Positions 37,529 to 50,205 of a stretch of DNA of 64,000 nt are shown here, piece after piece (the first letter of the stretch is position 1; every line of letters begins with the position of its first letter). Under the pieces are notes generated by a model. That model was not told the DNA's origin. It made no database searches and saw only the letters and a list, made by a program, of their open reading frames with translations. The translations under genes and the position numbers were made by a program. The stretch covers positions 284,766,001-284,830,000 of the forward strand of contig OZ024740.1 in NCBI GenBank assembly GCA_964016885.1, given 5' to 3'. The DNA comes from Eledone cirrhosa. Lineage: Eukaryota.

Positions 37529-37739
37529 CAGTATATACTCAAATATAAGCTGATGAATATGTGACCAAAAATCAATGGTAGATGGTGATGGGGGGGGGGG
37601 GGGGGGAGCTTATATTCAGGGTCAATATTTTGACAATTTTCACCAACTTGAAACTCTACGTAAATAAAGTTTGGATTTTTTTTTTGCCCATTTCTCAGGC
37701 ATAAAATAGTGGGGTCAGCTTATATTTGAGTATATACAG
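37529..37739 (+). mobile_element. Tc1/mariner-superfamily MITE
   Basis: TA|CAGTATATACTCAAATATAAGCTGA ... TCAGCTTATATTTGAGTATATACAG|TA. Relative at 54623-54804. Confidence 0.8.
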
Positions 37740-37859
37740 TACATGTTCTCTTTGAAAATCACTAGCAATTGCTGTTAGGTTTTGTTCTCTTTTCCCAACT
37801 AAGGGGCAGTTTTCAATTCATTGAAAATTGACAACTGGAAATTCTTATGTGACAACCTT

Positions 37860-39945
37860 TTACAAACTACTGATGAGGCATGTGGTTGGAGTAGAACACC
37901 AGCCAGACAAAGGGTGACCTGATAGTGAAAAACTCAGTAGATGGAGCCATCAAAGCCAAGAGACAGGCTTGGAAAGACTGGAAAAATGGGGGTTGCAGAG
38001 ACTGGTACCAGGTGGCTAAGAGAGTAGCTAGGTGACAGGTATACACAGCTCAGAAAGGCTGAAGAAAGAAAATTTACCAACGTCCTGAGATATGAAGTGT
38101 TCTGCATAGCAAGGCAGTGTATCAATGTAAATTGTGATGTTGGGGAAAGTGTATTAGAAATGACACTGGTGTATTTAGTACCGCTGATGCTCAAAAGAAA
38201 GAGGCCTGGAAAAGTTGCTGTGAGAGACTGATGAATGTTGAGAATGAATGGGAGGAAGGGAAACTACCTCCAACTTACCCAAAAGAAGAGCCAGCCATTG
38301 AAGTTGACAGTTATAGGGTTAAAGAAGCAATCAAAGAGACGAAAGATGGTAAAGCTGCAGAACCATCAGAGATAACTGCTGAGATGCTAAAAGCAGCAGG
38401 AGAGGTAGGAGTCAAACAATGACCTACATAGTCAATCAAGTAATATATGACAGAGTCAAACCCAATGAGTGGCCCAGCAGTACAATTGTAAATTGCTACA
38501 AGGGTAAAGATGATGCCCTAGGAAGGAGCCACTATAGAGGAATAAAACTAATGGACCAAGTTATGAAAGTGATGGAAAGAGTTATAACGCAACTAAATAG
38601 ACAAGAAACATTTTGGTTTCATGCCTGAAAAACATACTACAGATGCCCTCTTTTTAGTGAGGCAACTACAAGAGAAGTTCTTAGCCAAAAATAAGCCACT
38701 ATACCTGACTTTCGTTGACCTAAAAAAAAAAGCATTTGACAGAGTACCTCGATCTATTATCTGGTGATGCGTAAGGAAATTAGGTGTAGAAGAATGGTTG
38801 ATGAGAGCAGTGCAAGTCATGTACAGAGGAGCTGTCAGTAAAGTGAAAGTAGGAAATGAGTTTAGTAAAGAGCTCGAGGTACAAATAGGAGTTTGCTTCT
38901 TAGCCCACTACTATTCATTATAGTCCTCCAAGCTATAACAGAATAGTTTAAGATCAGCTGCCCATTGGGACTTCTCTATGCAAATGATCTGGTCCTTTTA
39001 GCTGAATCCATTACAGACCTAATAAATTCTGAATATGGAAACAAAATTTAGAATCAAAGACATAAGAGTAAATTTAGCCAAAACTAAAGTGCTAGTGAGT
39101 AGGAGAGAATATAGAACCCTGGTTCCTTCTTGGAGTGGCTCTGCTCAATATGTAGAAAGTGGGTAGGCATAAACACCAGATGATGTACACAATGTAAATC
39201 TTGAGTACAGAAGAGATGTAGTGGGATAACAAATAAGCTAACAGGAAGGGAAGACTTTGTTTGTAGAGGATGCACAGTGGTAACTTAGGGGAATATTGCC
39301 AGTAATGTAAGCCTATTCCAGTCACTGGAAGAACCCATCGAAGTGGTTGATAGCTTCTGCTATCTAGGCAATGTAATTAGTAATGGAAGAGGGTGCTCTG
39401 GGAGCATAATAGCAAGAATAAGGATAAGACGGAAAAAGTTCAAAGAGCTATTCTCACTATTGGCCACAAAAGGACAACTGTATGACACCTGTGTGCAAAG
39501 GGCAATGCTTCATGGTAGTGAAATATGGGCTATGACTGCAGAGGGCATGCATAGACTGGAGAGAAATGAAGCAATCATGCTCCGTTGGATGTGCAATGTA
39601 AATGTGAAAGAGAGGCAAAGCTTGGACGAGCTGAAGAAGAAGCTGATTTTAAGAGGACTTCGAGGTAGTGTACAGGAGAGAATACTTCACTGGATGGGAC
39701 ATGTGATGTGCATGGACAATGATCGTTGGGTGAAGAAGAGCCAGGAATTGCCAGTGTAAGGAGGTCGTGGTAGAGGTAGCCCGAGAAAGACCTGGGCAGA
39801 GATCGTGAGAGCTGACCTCAAATCTCTGAGACTAACAGAGGTGATGACAAAGGATTGCAATGTGTAGTGAGATGCTGTGATGAGAAGGACCTACCCAACC
39901 CATGCAAGCATGGAAAAGCAGATGTAAAAACGATGATGATGATGA
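37860..39945 (+). mobile_element. Degenerate RTE-PHD LINE copy
   Basis: Fragmented ORFs collinear with 2-1759 (GKAAEPSEI, HYRGIKLMDQVMKV, KAFDRVP, remnant Cys/His finger, FCYLG, HVMCM), ending in a (GAT)n tail. Confidence 0.92.
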
Positions 39946-39961
39946 GAATAACATTCTATGA

Positions 39962-40382
39962 ATCATACAGTATATCACCACCTATCTGAATTGTCTAATT
40001 CCACAGCATTGCCTCACTTGAGTTATTTCCTTCTATTCTCACGTTTTTTATGATTGTTTAAATCACCTCTGGTTAACACTGTTCATCCCTTTTTTCTACT
40101 TGTAAAATTTATATACATTGATTGAGAAGAGTATATTTTTCTGATGAAGTCTAATAAAGCTGAAATATGCCTGTAGTTATTACCTTGCCTGCTACCAAAG
40201 ACCAGAATTTTTCTGTAAACATAAAAATCAATTTTTTTATGTGGAGGCTGGTGGAAGATTGAGAGACAACTGAAAGGCAGATTTCAATTCAGTGAGAATC
40301 TTTAGTGTACATCATTCAGAATAGAACCACCTATCTGAATTATCTAAATTCATGCGATTGGCTCATTTGAGTTATTTACCTT
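39962..40382 (+). repeat. ~70-bp direct repeats 349 bp apart enclosing a decayed hammerhead-like motif (40141-40176)
   Basis: CCACCTATCTGAATT(G/A)TCTAA...CTCA(C/T)TTGAGTTATTT at 39978 and 40327. CTGATGA-AGTCTAATAAAGCT-GAAA lies between them. Confidence 0.6.
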
Positions 40383-41076
40383 AACTCCTTTTTTGTTTGG
40401 TCTGAAATATTTCTTCAATATGAAGTAAAGCTTATGTTCAAATTACTTTGAATATTTTTAGTTCATTCTGTATTCTATTTCTAGCATGTAGATATTTTTC
40501 CTGATCAAATTGGTATTTAAATATCAAATTTATATTAATATTACAAGTAGATATTGATCTGATTGTGATGTTAGTAATAATTATGAAGTAAAATTTCTAT
40601 TCTTTGTGAATGAAATAGAGTTATATTTAGTGTAAATGGATCCATAGCTGGTTTCAATGATGAGTATTCAATTGTTCGATCAACTGACCTATCTACTCAT
40701 TAATTTAATGTGCAACTGGCTAAGTATTTCACAGACATGTATACCATTAATCTAATTCTCTGGCAAAATCAGCATAACCCAGTGAATTACAGGTACAATC
40801 TATTTGATGGGCATCCACATGATTTCCATCTACCCAAGTTCACCCATAAAATTTGGAGTGACCTGGGGCTATGGTAAAAGACACTTGCACAAGATGGCAC
40901 ACTGTGTGACTGAACCTAGATCCTCATGATTACAAAGCAATATTCTTAAACTTTCAGCCATATCTATATCTATGTATTTTATGTTTTAATATAATTCATT
41001 TATATCCAGTTCACTCTAGTGAAGAAATGAAATAGAATTGATATAAACAAAGTTTAAATTGAAAGAACTGGTTTAA

Positions 41077-41172
41077 CCCTTTAGCATTTACATTACTCTA
41101 TATTTACTATTATATTTTCATGGTAAAGGCTTTACTTCACTTAATTATCTCACTGGTTTAAATGCTATAGGG
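41077..41172 (+). mobile_element. Internally deleted piggyBac-type MITE
   Basis: TTAA|CCCTTTAGCATTTA...TAAATGCTATAGGG|TTAA. Confidence 0.85.
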
Positions 41173-41689
41173 TTAAACAAATCAACAAAGGAAAGCCTGC
41201 ATGGTCACTTACCCTGCTAAACATTGAATAATGTAGTCCTAGATACATTAAGCCTGAAAATAAATTGGGATGGTTATGGTCTGATGAATCAGGGCCAACT
41301 TGGGAATAACAACAAGAAGGTTATGTAGTGAACACTTGTCATGTTACAGTCCTTAAGTAACAGAAATTAATGTAATATTAATTATACAATGGCTCCAACC
41401 AAATAAATGATAGGTGGGATATTTGATAAAAAGGGGGACAATGATGGACTCCAGCTTAAACCCAATTTCTCTCGTGTCTTAACCTTGGATGCCTTTACTG
41501 CCTCTGTGACTTTTTGCACCTGCTTGTACTGAGGTGCAAAAAAAAAGACTTATTTCCAAGCCAAGCTTTTTAAGCCTCCTCCTTTCATCAGATGGTATCT
41601 TTAACCTGATTGAACTGGGAGTCCTCCTGATACTCAGCACTACACTAAGTTATATACTGCCACCTCTCCTCATGAATAGGAATGAAATG

Positions 41690-42085
41690 CGAAGGTAAGT
41701 TGGAAGAGATATCAAGACTGGCAGGTGTAGGATTAGTCAACTAGAATTTGCAGACAACATGATTCTACATAACTCATCAGAAGGTGATTTCTGACATGCA
41801 TTGAATAGGTTTGCTGCTGAGTGCTGTATGGCAGGAATGAAAACCAATGCTGCAAAGACTAAGACACTTGTCCTTTCAATAAATCCTGCACAGTGCACTC
41901 TAAATGTGAGTGAAATTTCACTGAAGCAGGTGGAAAAGTTTGAGTATCCCCGAGCCATTTTCATCGAAGGAGGCTGAATTAAATTCAAGAATTGCAGGAG
42001 CTGATACAGTAATATGCCAGCTTCAACCCTCACGCATCAGAAGAAGGGAGGTAGGTATAAAAGCCAAATTCATTATGTTCTGTTC
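41690..42085 (+). mobile_element. RTE-type LINE RT fragment
   Basis: LEFADNMIL, GMKTNAAKTK, LKQVEKFEY; homologous to 7425-7620. Confidence 0.8.
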
Positions 42086-43083
42086 GAATATATATATGGG
42101 AAAATATTTGACCTCGACGGCAGAGCTCAAGCCGTTTCGACGGTTATTTCTGGATATATATATATATATCACCATCATCATCATCATCATCGTTTAATGT
42201 CCATCTTCCACGTTAGCATGGGTTAGACAGTTTATATACTATGAGTTTCATATTCTTAATAGTAACTGCATGGAAATAATCTGTTCAGTGCATATATTTC
42301 CTCATATTGTGTCAAAATTTAGCACAGTATCTCATTTATTCATTCATTTGTGCTATCATTAATCTCTTGGGAAAAATTTGGAGCTTTGTATATTCTTGTT
42401 TCTGTTTCACTGTGAAATCCTCATTCCTAACATACTTTCTGCCAGACTATTTATGTCCAGTTCTCTGTTGCCATTAGAAGATGAATTATAAATAAATTAT
42501 GTATTTTGAATGTCAAGGATTGCTACACTAGTTCAATAAGGATTTATTTTTCTATGTAAACACGATGCCAACTATTTTTAGGAGAATAATTCATAGTCTG
42601 AGATATTGACATCAGCATGTTATTGTTACTATTTCAGTGTCCCCTAAATTGCTATATACATACTATTGGTGAGTACTCAATGTTGTATGTCATGTAGAAT
42701 TCTTTAATTTGAAATATTAAGACACTTAGAACAGAAAGCTCTATCTTTATTTGTAGTTACTATATACAGCTAATATATACAATGATAGAGCTGTGAAGTC
42801 TTGTATGCATTAATTTCAACTCTTCTTATTAATAACTACATTGTTTCCTTCCTATGTTGAAAAATAAACCTCATTTGGTCATTCCATGAGAGTATCTTAG
42901 TCAGCCTGTGATCTTTTCAGCCAATCCTCATACATATATATGGGGAGAATCCCAGAGACATAACACTTTACATCACAGGCTTATCGGGAATCTTTCCATC
43001 TCTCCTTTGATGACCAATTCATCCAATTTTCCCCAAGAGTTCAATAAGTTTACCCATTCAAGCCTACCCAATTTGCACTGGAT

Positions 43084-43365
43084 ATCAATAATTGTTTCTA
43101 TTTTAGGCACAAGGCCAGCAAATACCCAGTGCATTACTGGTACTTTATTTTATCGACCCCATAAGGATGAAAGGCAAAGTTAACCTCGGCTGGATTTGAA
43201 CTCAGATCGTAAAGGGACGTAACTATGCTGGAAAGCATGTCCGACCCTCTACCGATACTGCCAATTCACATCAATAATTGTTTCTACTTTAGGCACAAGG
43301 CCAGCAATTACCCAGTGCATTACTGGTACTCTATTTTATCGACCCCGTAAGGATGAAAGGCAAAA
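43084..43365 (-). mobile_element. Second SINE family in partial tandem duplication
   Basis: The ~95-bp ATCAATAATTGTTTCTA...GGATGAAAGGCAAA block occurs twice (~43084 and ~43270). Minus-strand B box GAGTTCAAATCC. Confidence 0.75.
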
Positions 43366-44212
43366 ATAATGTTACCAAGATGGAGGCTGAACTGGATTTG
43401 AATTTCTAGTATCTTGAAGACAACGATAGAGGAACTCAGTCATAGGGCATTCATGTCAATTGTTCCAAATGTGATCTCTGCATCCTCAACCAACTGGTTT
43501 CACATCAGTTGACAATATACCTGAATGCCTCCCTTCTATCATGGCCCCTCTCCCACTGGCATGGTATGCCCTAGGAACCCCAATTACTGACCTAGCTTTC
43601 AAGTCCCCTCTAAGCAATTACTCTAAAATATTGATGAACCCCATCAAGGTAGTTTAGTATTTGAGAATTACCCATCAATTCCAAAGTTATTGTATATGTT
43701 CAGAATCAGTCTGTCATACAGATTCTTGCTCTCTCTGCAATGTTTTACTAACCTAATTTTCAGGAAGCTTCAATGATCAGGTTACATTACCCAAATGATT
43801 TAGTGGCCTAGGTCTATGTTTAGGCCCATTTATGTCTCTTCTTTGTTTTCTTTCTTCCACCCCTGCTTATTCTCTTCTGGTGGGATAACATCCTCTTCTT
43901 TCCAACATGAACTAGCTCTAACAGGGACGTAGATGAAGCTGTACTACAGTGGAGAGGGGTGGATTTGTTAGTTCTTGAAGCAGAGCAATAGAGAAAAGCA
44001 AAGAGTCTGGGACAACTTATATTTGAGAGACACTTTCAACTCTCCCTTTTATCAATCTAATCAATACTCAAGGTGCCGCTTACTTTTTGTGAGCACCAAA
44101 CTCTTGGAGTTTAGGTTGATGCTTTGCCCATGGTCATCATTAGTGGCCTACTCAGTCTGAATGATTTCTATATCTCCATTGCAGTCAAAGCCCTTGCCAG
44201 TAGGAGATTTAA

Positions 44213-44420
44213 TCCTTTAGTATTTACATTATTCTATATTTACTATTGTATTTTCACAGTAAAAGCTTTATCTTACATAATTATCTCACATAATATCAAG
44301 TCTACAATATTTTGATGTTATTTATTTTGAGAATAATACCTTAAAGTAGGTATGAGTGGTCGGTTACAGCCAGTTTGAACAGAAACAGATGAGAGAGTTC
44401 TGGCCGAATATGGTTAAATG
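44213..44420 (+). mobile_element. piggyBac-type MITE (decayed)
   Basis: Body matches 13704-13901. Confidence 0.75.
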
Positions 44421-44700
44421 TTGTGGTAAGTCCCTTAAACCCACATGTCTTTATGGATTGTCTTGAAGTCTGAATACATGTCACTTCAGTTATCATCCCA
44501 TTGGTACCTCTACAATTTTAGCAATATTTAAAGTTTTAATTTGACTAAGTTATAATTTTAAAAGGTGACTTCCTTGGTGAAATTTTCTGTGAACAATCAA
44601 CCATATCAGTTTGAGAAAACAAAAAAAAAAGCCTAAACATCTGTTCAATTAATTGGATAATCTAATGAAAGTATAAACACATTACCAAGAATTACTTTAA

Positions 44701-44917
44701 CCCTTTAGCATTTATATTACTCTATATTTACTATTGCATTTTCAAGGTAAACACTTTATTTTATAATTATCTCACATAATATCAAATCTATGAAATTTTG
44801 ATGTATTTATTTTGAAAACAATACCTTAATACATAAGTATGAGCAGCCGGTTATGGCCGGTTTAAACAGAAATAGGTGAGAGAATTTTGGCCAGATATGG
44901 TTTAAATGCTAAAAGGG
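44701..44917 (+). mobile_element. piggyBac-type MITE
   Basis: TTAA|CCCTTTAGCATTTA...TAAATGCTAAAAGGG|TTAA, followed by an extra AGGGTTAA. Confidence 0.88.
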
Positions 44918-45064
44918 TTAAAGGGTTAAGCAATGCAGGATTGAGAATTATCATACTTAAGGATGGCGAAGTCTTCCCTGTTTCATTGTGCTTCTCAAGA
45001 AACTTTTGATGAGTTTATTTTGTTGAAAGATCTCTCAGTGGATGCTACATTAACTGGCTCATCA

Positions 45065-45450
45065 GTACCCCCCTCAATTCTGGAGCCAGCTGGATTGTCT
45101 AGAGTTGATGGTAAGAGATCAGATGGTCTTACCCTTTGATGCTAGGTAAGAAATAGATATCTCATTTGGGATACCTCAGTGAGCAACTATTTTGATTTTT
45201 CCCAGATCCTGGATGCTGCAATAATAGTGAGGGTCACCCCATCCATAGCCAAACAGAATAAAATTCTGAAATACCAGGAATTATTGGCAAACTATTTTTT
45301 CAGTTTGTGGCATTTGAGACATTGGCAGGAGCTGGGCTACTGACAGCAAGGTTGATGGCTCACCTTACTGACATATCAGGTGATGTTCACATGGGTACTA
45401 TCTTATCCTAGTGTCTTAGCCATGCTATCGCCTATGGCAATATTGTGAGT
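45065..45450 (+). mobile_element. CRE-like RLE fragment (different subfamily)
   Basis: PSILEPAGLSRVDGKRSDGLTL...LIWDTSV...NKILKYQEL...VAFETLAG...AIAYGN. Confidence 0.8.
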
Positions 45451-46434
45451 GTTGGCTTACCTCAAAAATTATTTCTGTTGTGCATGTAGTTGAGTGTACA
45501 TGCCATCTATTATTTTTTGTTGTTTTTTTTAAATATATAAATTGTATTTGAAAGCTTTTTACTGCACTACACACTCCCAAAATTGTCATCAATGTTCACT
45601 AGTTCCATATTATAAATCTTTATGTATTCATGTAAGACCAGCTCACTTTGATTAATACAAGCTATTAAAACATCACTTCTCTTCATCATTTCTAGCAATA
45701 GCTCAATGTTCTCTATAATACACTTGTATGCTTAGATGTTGTTCTATTCAACTAATCAATGCTTTTGTGTGTTGAAGTATAAACTACTGTATTGCGTATG
45801 TATACTGTTAGTACTTCTGCTACTTTTGGCAGAAACTAAAAGATACTTGTCTGATGTAACAATTCATCTAAAAGTCAATCTAGTTATATCATCGTTTAAT
45901 GTCTGTTTTCCTTGCTAGCAATTGTTGGACAGATTGTTACATACTAAGTCAGTAGTACTCAAGCAGAGTTACTGACTTCTCAGATGAGCTAGGGCTTGCA
46001 TCTCACTTATATATGTTCTTGCACTCTAGTGAATGATCAGAGGGGACAGAGGGGGCTTGCATGTCACATACATTCCTGTACTCTACTGAGAACATTTTAT
46101 TGTACCAGCAATACGGATGTTGTCATGTTTTGATAAAGTTGAAGAGTCCTCCAAACCCATTGTTTGATAGGTTTTTAACGATTGGACGCCTTTCCTATCA
46201 CCAACCACTTCAAAGAGTATACTGGATGTGTTTATCATGTAGGTCACTAAGGAAGCAATTGAAATCCCTTCCCAACAGTGGAAAAAAAAGCTTAAATTTT
46301 TGTCACTGGCTATTATTTTTCTAGCTTTTCAATCATACCTGATTTTTCCATTTTTTTATTCTGTAAAAACCCATGTATCACATATTCAGCCAATTTATTT
46401 ATTTTTCATCTATTTTCCTATTATAAAGAATGAA

Positions 46435-46718
46435 GATCCCCTTCAGTCATGAATGACCACGAGATTTGCACCTAGAAAGTTCCCTCTCCAAGGCACAAGT
46501 CCAAACAATCTTATTTATGGGAGTCACCTATGCATACCAGTCTCCTCTCTCCACACCACCGATGTTGTCCAAGGGAAAAGCAATGGCCAATACAGCTTGG
46601 CACCAGTGACATCGCAACTCATTTCTATATAGCTGAATAAACTAGAGCAACATGAAATAAAGTGTATCGCAACCTTATGATTGTAAGTCCTACATTCTAA
46701 CCACTAAGCCATGTGCCT
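46435..46718 (-). mobile_element. tRNA-CORE SINE with alternative tail (internally deleted)
   Basis: Reverse complement of 17997-18332. Confidence 0.8.
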
Positions 46719-47047
46719 ATTTTACTATGTTAGCAAGGATATATTTATATTTTATTAGCAAATTTCAGAAACTTACGTTATTGGTTCAATTGTTTTAAAA
46801 ACTGGATGACTCTGCTATTTCTAACCATTCTACCATAAAGATAAAGTGAAACTTACTCTCAATCAAGCAGTCTACATAGCAAGGAATTCGTGTTCAAAGC
46901 ACTCTGATATACACCTCAGGCAACTTGCACTACCACGATTGAATTGAGGCTAAAACACTAACACTTCTGTTTTTATTTCTAGTTTGATAGAACAAAAGGG
47001 TATTCTAATCCAGAATTTATCTAAGTAGTATCTTGTGTATGCATGTA

Positions 47048-47245
47048 CAAGGGTGGGCTGAAAAGTTCATAAGCTGATTATGAAGGAGTGATGCTAGAAC
47101 TGTGAAATCTTGCATGCATTAATTTCAATTCTTCTTATTAATAACTGCATTGTTTCTTTCCAGAGACTATGTTGAAAAATAAGCCTCATTTGGTCATTCC
47201 ATGAAAGTATCTTAGTCAGCCTATGAACTTTTCAGCCAACACTCA
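47048..47245 (+). mobile_element. mariner-type MITE
   Basis: TA|CAAGGGTGGGCTGAAAAGTTCATAAGCTGA ... TCAGCCTATGAACTTTTCAGCCAACACTCA|TA. Relatives at 56748-56922 and ~42780-42930. Confidence 0.85.
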
Positions 47246-47626
47246 TATGTGTGTATGTAGTCGCCCATAGGAACAGCATGAACCAGTTGATGGAAAGTGG
47301 TCCACTACCACCCTCACCACCACCATCACCATTCGTTCACTCTGCCTCTCCAACCTTCAGAACACTAGGCATATACTACCTCATGGTCCCAGTCTTATTC
47401 ATACTGATATGAATAATCACAAGTCTACCAATTCTATTGATTGCACTAACTTACACAGAAGAAATACCCTTACCTAGTTTGGAAAAATTATTGTGAAAAT
47501 GACATAAATATATGTTGTATGACAATAGATTAATCCAAGTCTTTTTATTCCAGGTTTCCTAACTAAACACCTTTTTTTTATGGTATTTATGACATTTCTA
47601 AAATGTTGGATGAAAAGGGATTGGAA

Positions 47627-47663
<37 letters not shown>

Positions 47664-47824
47664 GCTCATATAGATCCATATGAGCATGATGTGGTCTCTG
47701 GTCCTAATATGTCTCTTAACGTGACACACTGTCTAACCCATGCAAGTGTGGAAAATGGACGTTAAATGATGATGATGATGATGATGATGATGATATATAT
47801 ATATGTGTATTTGAGTAGTTTTGT

Positions 47825-47970
47825 TGGCACAGCCTACCATCTCACCTCTTGAACACAGGATATATCCACACTTTCCACTCAAGCAACTCCATGTCACCAG
47901 ATATACCTTTCAGTGTACTCACATTGAGGGTAGCAACCCAAAGATGTGCTACCTGACAGTGATGATCATG
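47825..47970 (-). mobile_element. RTE AP-endonuclease N-terminal fragment
   Basis: LWVATLNVSTLKG...QEVRW pattern. Confidence 0.6.
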
Positions 47971-48585
47971 TCCTCTAGTATTTCTTCTTTGTTCCTGGGA
48001 GGGAATAAAGTTGTGTGATTGCTTGATGATGATCAATGGGTTCTTGCAAATGGCTACATGAGCTACCCCACTACTGTGCACAACACTAACATGACTCATG
48101 TTAGCCCCGTATAGACAATTAGTGTTAATTTTACATGCTTACACTTTTCATATTTGCTTGGATGCTCTTCCTATCACCAACCGCTTGACAGCTTGGACTG
48201 GGTGCATTCTTTGTGCCACCAGCACTAGAGAGGTTGTCTGAGCAGACTCAATAGTCCTCTCCACTCTTGTGGTTTATGGAGCCCACATCTACGCCATGCA
48301 AGTCTTATTTATTCAGAGTAAGTGCTCTCCTAAACGAGTTGCTTCCACAGTGACTTGTAGAACCTGCATCTACTCCCATGAAATCTTATTTATTCAAAGT
48401 AACTGCTCTGCTAGGCAAGGTACATTTTTGCAGTTCACAGAGCCAGTGTCTACCTGGTACATACACAGATAGGCGGGCGGTGTCTACTTGATGCAGCCAT
48501 TGAGTTTAAGTGGATAAGAAAAAATTAGATAGTCAAATAGGAAGGTTAGAAGGTTGTGGAAAGAGGAACACGTATATATATATAT

Positions 48586-49668
48586 ATCATCATCATCATC
48601 ATCATCATCATTTTACGTCCGCTTTTCCCTGCTTGCAAGGGTGGGATGGGTCCTATTCAGCACAGCATCTCTCCACTAGTCACGGTCCTTTATCATCTCC
48701 TCCGTGAGCTTCAGCGATCTGAGGTCTGCTCTCACCACCTCCGCCCATGTTTTTCGTGGTCTTCCTCTACTACATCTTCCCTCCACTGGGATTTCTTGGC
48801 ACTTCTTTACCCAGTGGTCATCCTCCATGCGCATCACATGTCCATACCATCTCAGTCTTCTCTCCTGCACACCACAACTTATCCCTCTTATACCCAGTTT
48901 CTCTCTCAACTCATCTATGCTTGGTTGTTCACGCACATTGACATTGCAGATCCAAAGGAGCATGCTTGCTTAATTTCTCTCCAGCTGTCGCATTTCCTCT
49001 GTAGTTACTGCCCATGTCTCACTACCATGCAGCATCGCGCATCTCACACAAGCATCATATAACCAGCCTTTCATATGCAGGGAGAAACCCTACTTTGTCA
49101 GCAGAGGAAGCAGCTCCATAAACTTCTTCCAACGCGTCCTTATTCTAGATACTATGGCCTCGGAACACTCCCCTCCCATGCTAATCTGATCACCTAGGTA
49201 ATGGAAGCTATCAACCACTTCTATAGAACCCACCTGCATTTGAAAAAACTGCGATTACTACTGTCAACTTTACCTGTACATCTACTACATACATAGTTTT
49301 CCCTACCTGTTAGTTTGCCTGCTATCCCACTACATCTTTTGTGTACCCAAGATCTGCATTGCGTACATGTTATAGAATTTATGCCAGTTTCTTTTCTACA
49401 TATCGAACATGGCCATTTCCCTGACGGAATCAGAGTTTGTCCTCTTTTCTACTTATCAACACTTTTGTCTTAACTATGTTCACTCTCAGTCCTCTTGATT
49501 CCAACTGCTGTTTCCATAGCCAGAATTTCTTCTCTAGCTCCTCCACTGATTCTGCTATAAGAACCAGATCGGGCTGAGGACCGAACCCTGATGTACTCCT
49601 ACTTGTTTCTGGAATTCCTCACTAAACTCCATTCCTACTCTCACTTTACTAACAGCCCCTCTGTACAT
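48586..49668 (-). mobile_element. RTE-PHD LINE, related subfamily, 5'-truncated; YADD segment deleted
   Basis: VHQGSVLSP is joined directly to DLVLIAES. WPCSIC...CTQC..WVHKRC finger, WYGHVMRM, (ATC)n tail next to (TA)n. Confidence 0.9.
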
Positions 49669-49737
49669 ATATATGTATATGTATATATGTATATGTATAT
49701 ATGTATATGTATATATGTAAATGTATATATGTATATT
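49665..49737. repeat. (TATATG)n microsatellite, left flank of the PLE
   Basis: Seen directly in the sequence. Confidence 0.9.
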
Positions 49738-49950
49738 TCGTTTCTGAGTTTCTTTAGCAAGATTCTTTATCTGAAATCGTGTGTTGAAACCGATATTGTT
49801 ATACTTTGGGAGGGTCATGTTGCCAATAAGAAACACACGCACCAGTTGCTTTCACTTCAATTTATTATATATTTATAAATTTACAACTTTATAAATTTAT
49901 AAATTTCTGGTTGGTTGGTTGGTTCCACAACCAGATAGTTGTTTATATAT

Positions 49951-49995
49951 AGTCATAGTCCTTTCGTCACACACTCTGTGACCACTTCAGTGACT
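49951..49995 (-). ncRNA. Minimal hammerhead ribozyme, core variant CTGAAGT
   Basis: Reverse complement: AGTCA-CTGAAGT-G-GTCACA-GAGTG-TGTGAC-GAAA-GGAC-TA-TGACT. Confidence 0.7.
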
Positions 49996-50205
49996 GGGGA
50001 TTCCTTTCTTTGTTTCTGTGCCTCTCCTTTGTTGTCCTACGCCATTTTGTTTCTGTGTGTGTGTTGTGTGCTCAGTTTGCGCATGCGCCACATCCGGGTG
50101 TCTGTGTGTGTTTATGTTCATTTATCTATTTGTTTATTTATTTATTTATTTACATGTTATTGGTTGGTTGTTTGTTCTATGTGTGTGTGTGTGTTCATTT
50201 TGTCC

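Noticed and set aside
37870-37895. CTGATGAG as a hammerhead core (also 41281 and 37551)
   Set aside because: No helix II followed by GAAA; these lie within other repeats.
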